In this document: positions 48,581 to 59,689 of the stretch, one piece after another | How the letters are laid out: the number at the start of each line of letters is the position of its first letter | How positions within the stretch are numbered: position 1 is the first letter of the stretch | Assembly: GCA_965649825.1 (NCBI GenBank) | Contig: OZ287695.1 | Coordinates: forward strand, 1,221,081-1,285,080 | DNA: 64,000 nucleotides | Origin: Penicillus capitatus | Lineage: Eukaryota; Plantae; Chlorophyta | Direction: 5' to 3' | Notes under the pieces: generated by a model | What the model was told of the DNA's origin: nothing | The model's input: the letters and a program-made list of their open reading frames with translations, nothing else | The model's database searches: none | Made by a program: the position numbers and the translations under genes

Positions 48581-49712
48581 ATGTCGAGGAAAGGGCACTT
48601 TCAGCAGAGAGGTTAAAAAAGCCATTGCCTAAGAGAAGAGTGCTTTACCAAGGAGACGATGCGATCATCATCGAGATTTGTCGAGAGACCGAAGAGAGTC
48701 CAGTTGCGGCGGCATTGGTCCGTGCGCTGGATCATGCAAAGAAACAGAATATATCATTCTGCTGTCATACGCAGACAACAGCAGTCCCCCTTGGACGCAA
48801 ATGTATATCCTGGTTGCAAAAGGAACAACGGAAATCGCACTCAAAGACAGCGACCCACGGAATTATTCCCTATCGACTCATTCTCCTTGAAGTTTGTCTG
48901 TCTCCATCCGCGAGACGAGATGCTGGACTGTCACCTTTAGGCAGCGGAGCTCATGGAAGAGCTCAATAAAGACAAACTACAGAGTCTGTTGCGGAGAGTT
49001 TCGAGATTTTTTCCCGATTCCAAAGTGGGATTGATCATTATCGGACTCGAAGCCTATCTGAGAATCAAGAAAACGACGATGTCTGTGCCTTACACGATGG
49101 GACAGGTGGAGGCACGGATGGTAGACATTTTCGTCAACCTTACTGGTATTGTGTACCGCATGGTGATCAATATGACAGAGGCGGCTGACCATATCATTCA
49201 GCTCACTCGTGCCTTTCTCAGAATTGCGAACAATGATTACGATGTCTCATTCCTGACAGTCTTTGGCGGATGTAAGATGACGGAAGCGATCAAGATGGTG
49301 GATCTGAACCTAAGCAGAGAATCCCTGGAAGAGTCGCAAGACGAGATGCTCCAATGGATCAATATGTTGACGGCCGTTCCCAGCATCGGACCCAAAGATG
49401 CTCATGTAAGACATGCATGCATTTCTCACACTTCTGTGCTCACTCTTTTCAGGGCATTGCATTGGTCTACCCGACATTCTTGTCTCTCCTAGATGCCTAC
49501 GCCTCTCCTGACAGGTTCTCCGTCTCCTGCCATTTTCCATTCTAGGATGTGCGTGTGGCAGGACGGATGAGGAAAAGAGGCTGCTGGTGGCGGATATCCT
49601 GTTGCCCCCTCAAAATGATCGTCGAATAGGGGATGCCGCATCGACATCGCTATACAACTTTTTCAGCAACACAGATCCAAATGCAGCAATCCATGGAAGG
49701 AACATTTCATAA
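48581..49712 (+). CDS. EME1: Crossover junction endonuclease subunit EME1-like (ERCC4 domain + HhH)
   Basis: GLIIIGLEAYL, EAADHIIQLTRA, WINMLTAVPSIGPKDA-GIALVYPT..SLL, RRIGDAAS..LYNFFS.TDP. The start exon is uncertain. Confidence 0.85.
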
Positions 49713-49733
49713 CAATCCACAATAACATTGTCA

Positions 49734-51325
49734 TCAATTTGGTGTCGCCTTTGTCTCTTGTTTCGCAAAGGGGATCAGTTCCATGCCACCCATAAAAGGG
49801 CGCAACACTTCGGGAACGACAATGCCATCTGATGTCTGATAATTCTCAAGTATGCAGCACAAGGTGCGTTCTGTTGCCGTGAGGGTCGCGTTCAACATGT
49901 GCACATATTTCTTCTCTTGGGCAATGCCCTCCTGCTTAGCCGTGCGGATACGGGTGTCCAGTTTTCTAGACTGATAGTCCGTGCAATTGGAGCAGCTCAC
50001 AAGTTCTCGATACGTCTGCGATGCCGGAAACCACGCTTCGAGATCGTATTTCTTAGCCGCTGCATTGTTGAGATCTCCAGAGACGATGGCCACCACTCGA
50101 TAAGGGATCTTCAATGCCTGATAGAAATCTTCGGCATTCTTGATCATCTCTTCCAGGAGCTTCCATGATGCGTTATCATCTGGGGAACACACCACAAACT
50201 GCTCGACCTTCTCGAATTGATGCACTCTAAAGATTCCCAAGGTATCGCGTCCTCGAGATCCGGCTTCTTTGCGAAAACAGGTCGAGTAGCCTAGTTGCTT
50301 AATTGGCAGCTCATCCGGTTCAACCCATCTCTTGCGGTGCATTGCGCAGAGTGTCTGCTCGGATGTGGCAATGAGATACTTATCGTCTCCCTCTCCCGTA
50401 ACCTACTGGTGATCCCTTAATCACAAGGACCATCCACCATAAGAAATAATACCTTGTACAACTCTTCGTCATACTGCTGCAGTTCGGCACACTCGGCCAT
50501 AGCTTCAGTGGTCATGAAGAAGGGCGTCTGGATAATACTGTAACCGCGGCTTCGCCCAAACTGAAGAGCAAAGTTGATAAGGGCTTGATTGAGCAGGACG
50601 CCTTCATTCGTCAGGTAATAAGCACGCGATCCAGCCACACGAGATGCAGCTTCAAGATTCACGATATTGAGTTCATGGATCAGATCGAAATGGATCTTCT
50701 TGTGCACATCAGCATCGTGTTTGGCCTCTCCATACGTACGCAACAGCTCATTATTCTCCTGCGATCACTATCAGGACAAACGATCTGAGTGGACTGGCGC
50801 GAGCGGACCTCTTCTTCGCTGATAGGGACGGAATCGTGGACGAGATTGCCGATGAGATTTAGACAGGCATCTCTCGCTGTCTCTGCCTCCACGGATTCCT
50901 TTTCGGCGTCCTGGATTTCTTTCCGCATCGTTTTGGACTTCTCCTGCAGCTCAGATGTGTCTTCCTTTGCCTAGATGCGTTACATTGAGTGCTGAGTTTT
51001 CGTAGGCTTGTTCTTTACTTTGCGCATTTGGCCTATCTGTTTGTTCAGTGCATTGAATTCCTTCTTCAGCTGTTCCGTCTTGTACTGAACTGCAAAGGCA
51101 GAAATGGAGAAACTGCGTGCGTTCGGACAGGGGGTTACGGTTTCTCCATCGTTTGTCATGTTCGATAACTTGGTCCACGAGTCCCACATCTGCAAAACGC
51201 CGCCTCTGCGATTCTCGCACGCGCTCTGGGTCGCCGCCTTTCTCTAAGAAGACAGGCATCTGTTCGTCTCTCTCCAGCAGTGACCTTCAACACTTACCCT
51301 CTCGAAAGAGATTGATATCCAACAT
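49734..51325 (-). CDS. SARS: Seryl-tRNA synthetase, cytosolic
   Basis: [79 protein letters not shown] and HMLNATL.ATER. Confidence 0.98.
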
Positions 51326-51473
51326 TCTGAGAGATAGCAACACTGGATCCTTGGCGGCACGAATGGAGCCGTTTGTGGTCTGATGTGACGTGGATGCAGA
51401 AAAGGATAGGCGAATGAACGATAGTGTCTCGTCAATTGCTGTTTAAATAACGAAATGCGTCGTGTTTTAGGAG

Positions 51474-52815
51474 CTACAAGTTAAAATCGGACTGGTCAGC
51501 ATCGAATCGGCGAGCTCTCCTCGGTGATCGAGGCTCCTCGTCGACATCCATGTCCTCGAAATGCACAGGGACACGTCTGGCCAAATCCTCTCGCGTTTCG
51601 CGGAGAGCCAAAAGCGTTTCATTTACAGGACCTCCCATCCAGCTAGAGGTCACTTCACCCATCATCAGATCCGCATCGTCCTCCGATCCAGAAATCGAAC
51701 ACGCATCAATGCTGGAACAACCAGCAGCTGATGGATCGTTCTGCTGAGAGACACATCATCCACCAAAAATGACATTGGCTGGCCGGCTGACCTTGGGAGG
51801 TGTCGATGGCATTGTATCGGAGGCGTTTGTGCTTTCGCTGTCTTCCACATCTCTTGTCGGGAAGAGTGGGATCTGATGCAACTGGTCATAGATGTTCTCA
51901 GCCGTTACATTACACTATCACACAACACATGCCGAATGAGTGAGGAAAGTGTGATTATGCGTGAGAGATCTGACTTGGTTACGGAATGTTAGGTCGGCAC
52001 CGTGCCGTAAGAGTCGATGCATAACGATCGCGTGACCACCAGACGCCGCATCATGCAAAGGAGTATTGCCTTTGCGATCCACGACCATAACGGTGGCCCC
52101 ATAGTTCAGTAAAAGATACACAACAATCAAATGTCCTTCATAGCTTGCCAAATGAAGAGCAGTGGCTCCTTGCTGCACACAACAGGCAACCAATCTCACA
52201 TTTGTGCCGATAGATCTCAAATGGTCTCGCTTTGTCGGGGCGGTTCACATCAGCCTGTCGTTTGCAGAGAAACTTCACTGCTTCGTCGTGTCCCTCCAAT
52301 GCTGCTATATGTAAGGATGTCATGCCATTCTGTAGAAGAGATCACATTGAGTGGTTTTGGGATGGTTATCTGAGATGAGCTACGCGATCGGAGGCATTGA
52401 TTTCGGCTCCTGCCATTGTGAGGGAAAGCATGGCATCGACGTGTCCTCGTGATGCGGCCAGATGCAAAGCTGTTGATCCATTCTACGAAGACAGCCAAGA
52501 TACTGTCGTCATCACAGAGTCGCTGAAAAACGCACGTCGTCGGCCAAGTTGACATTCGCTCCAAATTCTGCCAAAATCTCAATGGCGCCGTCCTTGCCCA
52601 ACCATGCCGCCAATTGAATGGCACTCCATCTCTGTTGAAAGAAGGCGACGGCGACGTAGAAATTGACAGGTGCTGTGGGCACGTGTAGGGTTTCGTACTT
52701 GTAGGCTTTCTACTTGCTCAGTGATGTTTATATTGCGTGCACGCACGCATGTTGTTCGCAGCGTTTCAAGAGATCCCTGACGCACGGCATGGTGCAGACT
52801 TTGACACCCACCCAT
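51474..52815 (-). CDS. Ankyrin-repeat protein with a putative N-myristoylation motif
   Basis: Repeats such as ALHLAAW, TALHLAAS, TSLHIAALEGH, TALHLASYEGH and TPLHDAASGGH. It starts MGGCQS and ends in a low-complexity acidic tail. Confidence 0.85.
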
Positions 52816-53531
52816 CTCGGAGTTCCGAAGAGCGTGACAACAACGGCAGTGATGATGCGTACACGCAGAAATATTGATAGCAATCATTTAAATAGTCATC
52901 CATCAAGCCATTGATCCGATGGATTGATTCTACGGAACGCAGACGGACACTGAACGCGGCGCCTGTTAAGCGGAAAGGCATAGGCAATTTTTGGATCTCG
53001 CGATTCTAAGGCCAAAATTGCTCTCGTATAAACGCATTATTGATAAGCCATGTACGACAGACATTTAGGGAGATAGATTGTCTTCGACGGTCAATTGCTT
53101 CTTGCCTGTGCGATGCTCACTGAGAACTCGACATCGTTTGAATTGAACGTCGAGGTTTCGATAAACTCCGTTCTCTATTGAGGGTTCTCTCTTTTGCATG
53201 TCCACCATCATCGGACAGCAACAATGATCGAGCAGAAGCATTTGACGTCTTTGATTCGCAACGACCTTCTTTGCCAGAAGTTCTGCGCCCGACGTGCAAT
53301 TTCTGAGGAAATCTTTATTAAACGTCAACCGGGAGGCAAGGGATGGACACGGGAATGTCGACGAACCGTATTATGGAATGACTGAACGGATGGCAGCAAA
53401 GCACTGCGTACATGAGTGGATAATTTGACGGTCTCCTGGCGACAAAGATATCCGCCGCCGTTTTTGGACTTATCTAACGCGGTTTCCTTTCACCCTCCGT
53501 GTCGACTTCGCCACGTTATCGAACAAGCGCG

Positions 53532-54035
53532 ATGAATAAAACAAGTTTGCGTTCTTTCTTTTACGTGTTTTGGAAACGCGTTGTGTGTTGGTTCAGTTAT
53601 CGTCTTCGCATTCCTGCTTGCAGTTGTTGAGTTTCGGCTGGCGAGTCTCGTCGCTGCGCAGTGTCCTGCCGATTCGCCACCTCTCGGCACTTACCTCGTT
53701 CGCACCTGGAATTCGATGGATGATGTCTATGGCCCACCGTCATCGACTTCGTCCTTAGATGTGCGAACCGACGACTGTATCGTCTACAGAGGTGCGCCTC
53801 GTACATTCGCCCAATGATGAAACAAAACACCAGTGTAGGCGAATACCACGAATACAGCGACAGTTTTGTTGCATTCTACGCGCCGGCGACGAGAATGCTG
53901 ACGGGCGGTTGGGTCTCTGAAGATGGCAAATGGGGCGCCATCAGTTATCGCTGGACTGGTACTCGCGTCGGCGGAAGATGGGTGGCGTATGCGCAGACTG
54001 GAACAGGATACGAAGAGTGGATTCCACAGACTTGA
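53532..54035 (+). CDS. Secreted Trp-rich beta protein, unknown family, copy C
   Basis: 13-nt exon 1, introns 53545-53596 and 53792-53838. Product MNKTIIVFAFLLAVVEFRLASLVAAQCPADSPPLGTYLVRTWN...EYSDSFVAFY...LTGGW...WGAISYRWTG...GYEEWIPQT. Confidence 0.85.
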
Positions 54036-55140
54036 CTTTCGTGTTCACGAGCCGTACTCCAGGAAAATCCTCCCGACACTAAAACCTATCTATCATATCT
54101 CTCACGCTCCCATTCCCAGTTCAAATGGTCACTTGTCTTCTCGTATCCTATGCTGATTCATACATCATAAGTATAGAAATAAGAAAATGGAATGATTGGA
54201 ATACAATGATTGTGTGCTGCCACAACGGCAGACGCTGCAGGTGCCGTTGTCTACAATTCGTGTAATCAGACGAATCTGATGCTGTGACTCGTACCTGTTG
54301 TGCTTCCTCTCCGTTGATGGTGATTGGGTACTGTATCAGTAGTGTCTAGATATGTCCGAGATGTTCCCTGTCTTTGAGATGCCTGTCACATCTTCTTTCG
54401 GTTGTTCGAATGTACTGTTGTTCAGGTGGCATGTCGGACAGTTTAGAACGCATCCAATATGGCAATCCACTCAATTCATCAGCGATCGACTTCAATCGAT
54501 GAGGGCATTCTAATCGCAAGCCACATGGAGCGAAAAAATGGTCGCCGTTCTCATCTTAACTCGAGAGGTACTTGTTCTGAATTGCAATGATGCATTGCCC
54601 AGAATTGGATGCTTCTGTCAAAGACAATGGTTTTGTTTGTGTGGACAAGTCGCTTTATCGCACTTAGCTAGATCAGAGGCGGTTTTTTGCCGTCATGCAA
54701 TGAGTACAGATGTGAGGAATATCAGGCGCGCGCCACCCTTGATGTGCAGACAGACAAGACTTCCATTTCAGTGGATGGGCTAACGGCTGTGTTTGCCACA
54801 GATAGCTGATGTAATTAATGGTTCTTTAGCATTTCTCTCATCTCTTAGAACGGCAGGTTTATGTTACCAATATCAGAGGAGGTAAACGATGAACAGCAAT
54901 AGCTATCTGTGTCTATGATATCTAACGGTGCTTTACCGGTGGGTTGGCTTTCCTTTCGTTTGCGTCGTCAAACCGATATCTCAAAGAGTTTTTCTTCTAT
55001 TCGTTTAATGTCCGCGTCGGAATGCCTTTGGTGGTATTACGATAGAGAGGCGGCGCATATTGTCAGAATACTAATAAGGAAAACGACACTTAAACGAACG
55101 AAAGGGTTCAAGATCCGAAGAGACGCTTGTGGCGACAGGT

Positions 55141-55430
55141 CACCGAAACAGAAAGACTTCGCAGTGATGATACCGCCCTTTAGCAGTGAACGCAATGACA
55201 ACCACTCCGTCGCCAATGCAAAGCAGAGTAAAAAAAGACGCCGTACCGCGGCAGATCATTGAACTAGAAAGATTTCGCAATGATGATAGCGTCTTTTCAC
55301 AGTGAACGCAATAACAACCACTCTGTTGCCAATGCAAACAGGAGTCAAAAAAGATGCCGAGGCACGGCAGATCACTGAGACAGAGAGACTTCGCAGTGAT
55401 GGCGCTACGTCTTCGCAACGAAAACGATGA
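55141..55430. repeat. Degenerate tandem repeat, 116-nt unit, about 2.4 copies
   Basis: Unit starts cacYgaRacagaRagacttcgcagtgatg recur at 55141, 55257 and 55373. Shared internal blocks are agtgaacgcaatRacaaccactc and gccaatgcaaa. Confidence 0.8.
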
Positions 55431-55514
55431 TGACCACACTTCTGAGCCTATTTATTCGATTCCTCCTCCGTTTCGTCGCATCGACTTCGCCGCATTCTCA
55501 GCACGTTAACAAAC

Positions 55515-56030
55515 ATGAAGAGAACAAGTTCGCATCGCGTCGTTTGCGTGCGATTCTCCGAAAACAACGCCGTGTGTTGTAGTTGTCTCCCTCGCGCTCT
55601 GCCTTACTCTCACTCTCCAACTGGCGACCACTGCCAAAGCAGTATGCACAAGCAGTACCCCGCCTGTTGGTTCCTATTACGTGGAATCATGGTCAATGCA
55701 AGAATATAGATATACACAGAGCCCGTCGACTTCGAACATGACAATTCAGACCGAAGACTGCACTGTCTACACAGGTACTTCTTCGTCGACTTTTGTGGGG
55801 TCATCGCAAAGAACGACGTTCCCGTAGGTCACTACACCGGCTTTGACGATTACTTTGTCGCTTTCTATTCCTCCGCGACGGGTAAGTTGAGCGGAGGATG
55901 GAACGAAAGAACCTGCGACGGCAGTTGGGGTGCGATCGATTTGCGTTGGGATGGTAGGCGTTTCTCTGGACGCTATGTTCGGCACCCGGTCGTTGACATC
56001 GGCCATGAAATATGGACCTTACAGAACTGA
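55515..56030 (+). CDS. Secreted Trp-rich beta protein, unknown family, copy D (not represented in the ORF track)
   Basis: 13-nt exon 1, introns 55528-55582 and 55775-55827. Product MKRTIVSLALCLTLTLQLATTAKAVCTSSTPPVGSYYVESWS...DDYFVAFYSSATGKLSGGW...WGAIDLRWDGRRFSGRY...GHEIWTLQN*. Confidence 0.85.
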
Positions 56031-56839
56031 CTGACACTCGAGTCCTATCTTCTCAGAAAGAGTTGACGACATGCACTTACGCAATCAATAACGTTGTATC
56101 TCCCTTTTCGTCACATGTCGACATTACGATGAGTCGTTTTCCAAGCGCTGTTTTGCATTTTGGATGGCTCTCCGTGGCCAGATTGAAGAAATGGTTAACG
56201 CGTAAAGGTATCTATTTACCTTTTGTTTTTGTTTCTATTTCAAGGTTTCTCCTGTCAAGCACACATCTATTCTCCCTATCTTTCTTTCACTGTACACGAC
56301 AACATCATCTGTTGCCTGTCTATGCATGCCATTAACGTCTTTTTATCTGATAAACGATTTAGAAAACGTTGAATCCGCCACTCCTGTTAACCATGAAGTC
56401 GTCGATTCTCACCAACACAGATTTTGTTGCCCCGATCGCCATGCGATAATGCTAGCTTCTGTAGCACAGGACAGATGCAGCTTAATACAGAACAGGAGAT
56501 AGAACACCACCAGTCACATCGATTCCATCTCCGCTGGCTAGTAACCTTGTGTGAGTAAGGGAAGAAACATTCTTATTCTACTTTGACGATCGATCGCAAT
56601 AACTGGTGTCGATCTCCTCACGCTTTCAATAGACCACCGTCTGCTATTCTGTCATTGCAATCTCCAATTCGATTACTCCTCAAGACACTCACCTTTTTCT
56701 CTCAGCTTCGATCATGTCTTTGCGGAGACGGACACAGAAATGACGATTAATGTGAGCAGGCGTGAGTGATTATTACACAGAATGGGCGAGACAGTCCATC
56801 GACCGACTGTTTATCCTTTCTACTCTTCATCATCATACA

Positions 56840-57109
56840 CTAAACTTCAGTCTTTGCCTGTTCCGCCCCTGCTCCCATTGCCGAATTCTCCATCTGCTCC
56901 TTAAATGCCTTCTCAAAAACTTCAGCCGCTTGCTTCATGATATCTGGGTTGATATTTCCAAAGATATCGTCACCAAGACCCGCAGGGCTCTCTTTCTTGC
57001 GACGGGACATGATGTAGATAGCACTGAACGCCACGATGAGAACAACTACCAGAGTGACCCAGGCCTAACAGTGTACACCGCCTCTGTTCTATCTCACATA
57101 ACAATTCAT
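56840..57109 (-). CDS. Small single-pass membrane protein (about 78 aa)
   Basis: MNCY, a 33-nt intron, then AWVTLVVVLIVAFSAIYIM-SRRKK (TM followed by a basic stop-transfer cluster) and a helical tail. Confidence 0.5.
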
Positions 57110-57503
57110 AAAGGACCGCACCCACAGGACAAACCGATGCGCCTGTCGGTTTTCTGCCCGTCGTTGGCGCTTCTCAGCTGTCGACTCTTTCTTACCACTC
57201 TTAGCTGAATGAACGCACAGAACTCAAGAACCAGACATCAACAGAAAAGGGAGCTTACACGATGTAAAACGGGCCATGGATTCGAAACTAGACAAGTAAT
57301 GTTCGACGCGTAAGGTTGTGCGTCACATCGTCCATAAGAACGAAAGTAACAGCTGTCCAATGGTTCAGGCAGCTCACAGGATGACGCAGACGGATGCGCG
57401 CTGTCGGAATGCGCGGATCGTCTCGTATCGGAGGGACACGGAAACGAAATGCAGTATCTAACGTTAAAGGTCTGTCTTACTGTCGTCCAACGGCAGAGCA
57501 TAT

Positions 57504-59664
57504 CTATTTCATGCTGCGTGTCATTCGGCGCGGTTCTCCATCTGCCGAAGCCGCAACACCCTGAACAGTCAGCTCTTTCTTAAGGCGTCTGCGTTGTCTG
57601 TGAGGATTAGCCGGCCGGCCGCGTTTGTTTGTTGACCTGGACCCATCCAGTTCAGATTTCGAACGCTTTGGTCGATTGCGTAGCGCCATGCGACCTGACG
57701 ACAGATCATCATCTGCCGGAATGCTCGTCTCGCCGACCAGATGTCCATCCAGATGGGACATACTCCGACCTCTCTTGACACCCAACGGACTCGGCCGCAA
57801 CTCGAGGTCTGGAGATTCCACGATCACAGGCTCTCTGCGTCCTTCTTTGATATCCAGTCGCATAGCGCAATCGGGGCAGAGAAGGGATGTAATCTGAGGC
57901 TTCTCGTGTGGCCCCGTCGGGAGCTTTACTGTCAGCTTTCCAGCTGCCTTGCAGCACGGCACATGCATGACGGCGCCGCAGCCAGTCGTCTGACAAGGGA
58001 ACACTTTGCCTTTCAGTTTTCCACAGATGGAGCATTTCTTATGGACGGCTGTCGTTTTGAGAACGGGATCTGATAGCGCCACATTGCAGATGGTGTGGAT
58101 CCACCCTTTCGAATCCGGCGTCCTATCATAAGCTCCTCCCGCTTCTGGGCAGACTTTGCAATCGACAGAATGGGCGCCTCCAGATTCTCGTCTGGTGCTC
58201 TTGATCTGGAGATCTCGTTGTCGTTCATGATAGATACGGCACGGCAAACACCACCAATGACCATCTTCGGCTAAAGTACTAATACTGTAGCACAACGGAT
58301 GCACATGAATTCCACAATGGCAACATGTTTGGAGGGATGAAGAGGCATCTCGGGTCCCACACACATCGCAGACCTCAATGCATCTACGAACAAGGCGATG
58401 AGCATCGATCCAGCGAAATAACGGCATGCCGTTTTGATGCGACAGATTCTTTCTTGGGTACGGTTGGCGTGTGTGGGGTCTGTACTAAAAGAGAAGGGGA
58501 TTGCGGTGGCATCGTTGTGGAAGGGGTAGTAAACATACAAGGTGTCGTGGACGGCATCTCGTGCTTCAACCCGTCTGTAAGCGAGAGATTCTGTGGCAGC
58601 AAAGGTTCTTCGGTTTTGGGCATCTCTTCTTTCCGCTTCTTCTCGTGTGCCTCCACAATTTTCTGACATTTCTGAATCTCCCTCTCGATTCTTTCCTTTC
58701 TTGCGGACTGCTTCCGTTCGAACTTGCAATTTTTCAGTGCTGCTTTGCACAGGCCTCGTGCCAGAGAGCGATTCGATAGCATCTGTTGTAGCAGCGCCTC
58801 CTGGAGTTTCAGAATCTCTGCCACCACTTCGTCATCCGGTCCAATCGAAAGGCAATGCTTCGAATACTGATCGTTCTCCTCATCCAACAGCATCTCTGTC
58901 AACGGATGCATGTACTGAAATCTCTCTGAAGAAGGTGGTTTTGCATCGTCTGCAGTCGCGGTTGAATCGTTCAGTGACGGTTTCAGATCGTCAAGTATGG
59001 CATCGAGCTTTTCCACAATTGTGGGATCTTTGCAGATCTCTGTCGCATTGGTCTTGCCCTTGAGGAATTCTTTTGGCAGGCCCAGCCATTCGTCGCTTGG
59101 TGCGGTCGGAATTTCGAAACCCGCATGAAATGCCTTTTTCTCTGCCAGACGGCCACTTCGTCTCTGGATCGCCAAACAGCTCATCTCATCTCTGTCTTCT
59201 CTGTCGCTTCTTACCTCTTTCCTAAGGGTCTCGTACCCCAAAGACTCCCAGAACTCGGCAAGGGTACGTTTTCCATCTGACGTCCCGACAAGCGGTATTC
59301 GAAAAACGGGGTCTTTCCATGGGTCCAATTCTTCCTCTTTGGGCAGAAGATGTCGCAGGTCGCTGCGTCCAATCGGCCGAAAGAAATCCTGAAACAGATC
59401 GGTGAGCGAACATCGACAGTGGTGTAGTGGGAGAACCTCGGTGTACCACCACCAGGCAGTCGGTGGCCAACCCACTTTTCCACTCCCTTCCGCTAGACAC
59501 GCCATATCCATCCGTAAAGCGTCGACCAAACTCACGGGCCCAGAAAGGCCGCCCTCTCGGAACAGCTCTTTGTTCTGCAGAGCCTTTTGGACGTCATGAT
59601 ACGTTTTCTTGAACTTTCTGTGTCGATCCATCCCCGTAGAAGAGCGTCGTCGAATGGAGGGCAT
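57504..59664 (-). CDS. Chromatin protein: Ada3-like N-terminal region + PHD/extended-PHD (PZP) fingers
   Basis: WWYTE-DFFRPIG..DL..L.....FRIPLVG and DDEVVAEILKLQ..L (Ada3-like). CDVC..C.HC..HVHPLCY...W.CLPC, then C.VC...GGA...W.HTIC and C.ICG...C....C....H..C. Confidence 0.8.
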
Positions 59665-59689
59665 TAAGAAAACAAATGAAAAGCATTAT

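Noticed and set aside
53065-53328. 87-aa minus-strand ORF
   Set aside because: No ATG start or convincing upstream exon, and no motif.
12241-56030. LOX + alpha/beta hydrolases + barrel proteins as an oxylipin gene cluster
   Set aside because: The genes are spread over 44 kb among unrelated housekeeping genes. There is no sequence evidence for co-regulation.
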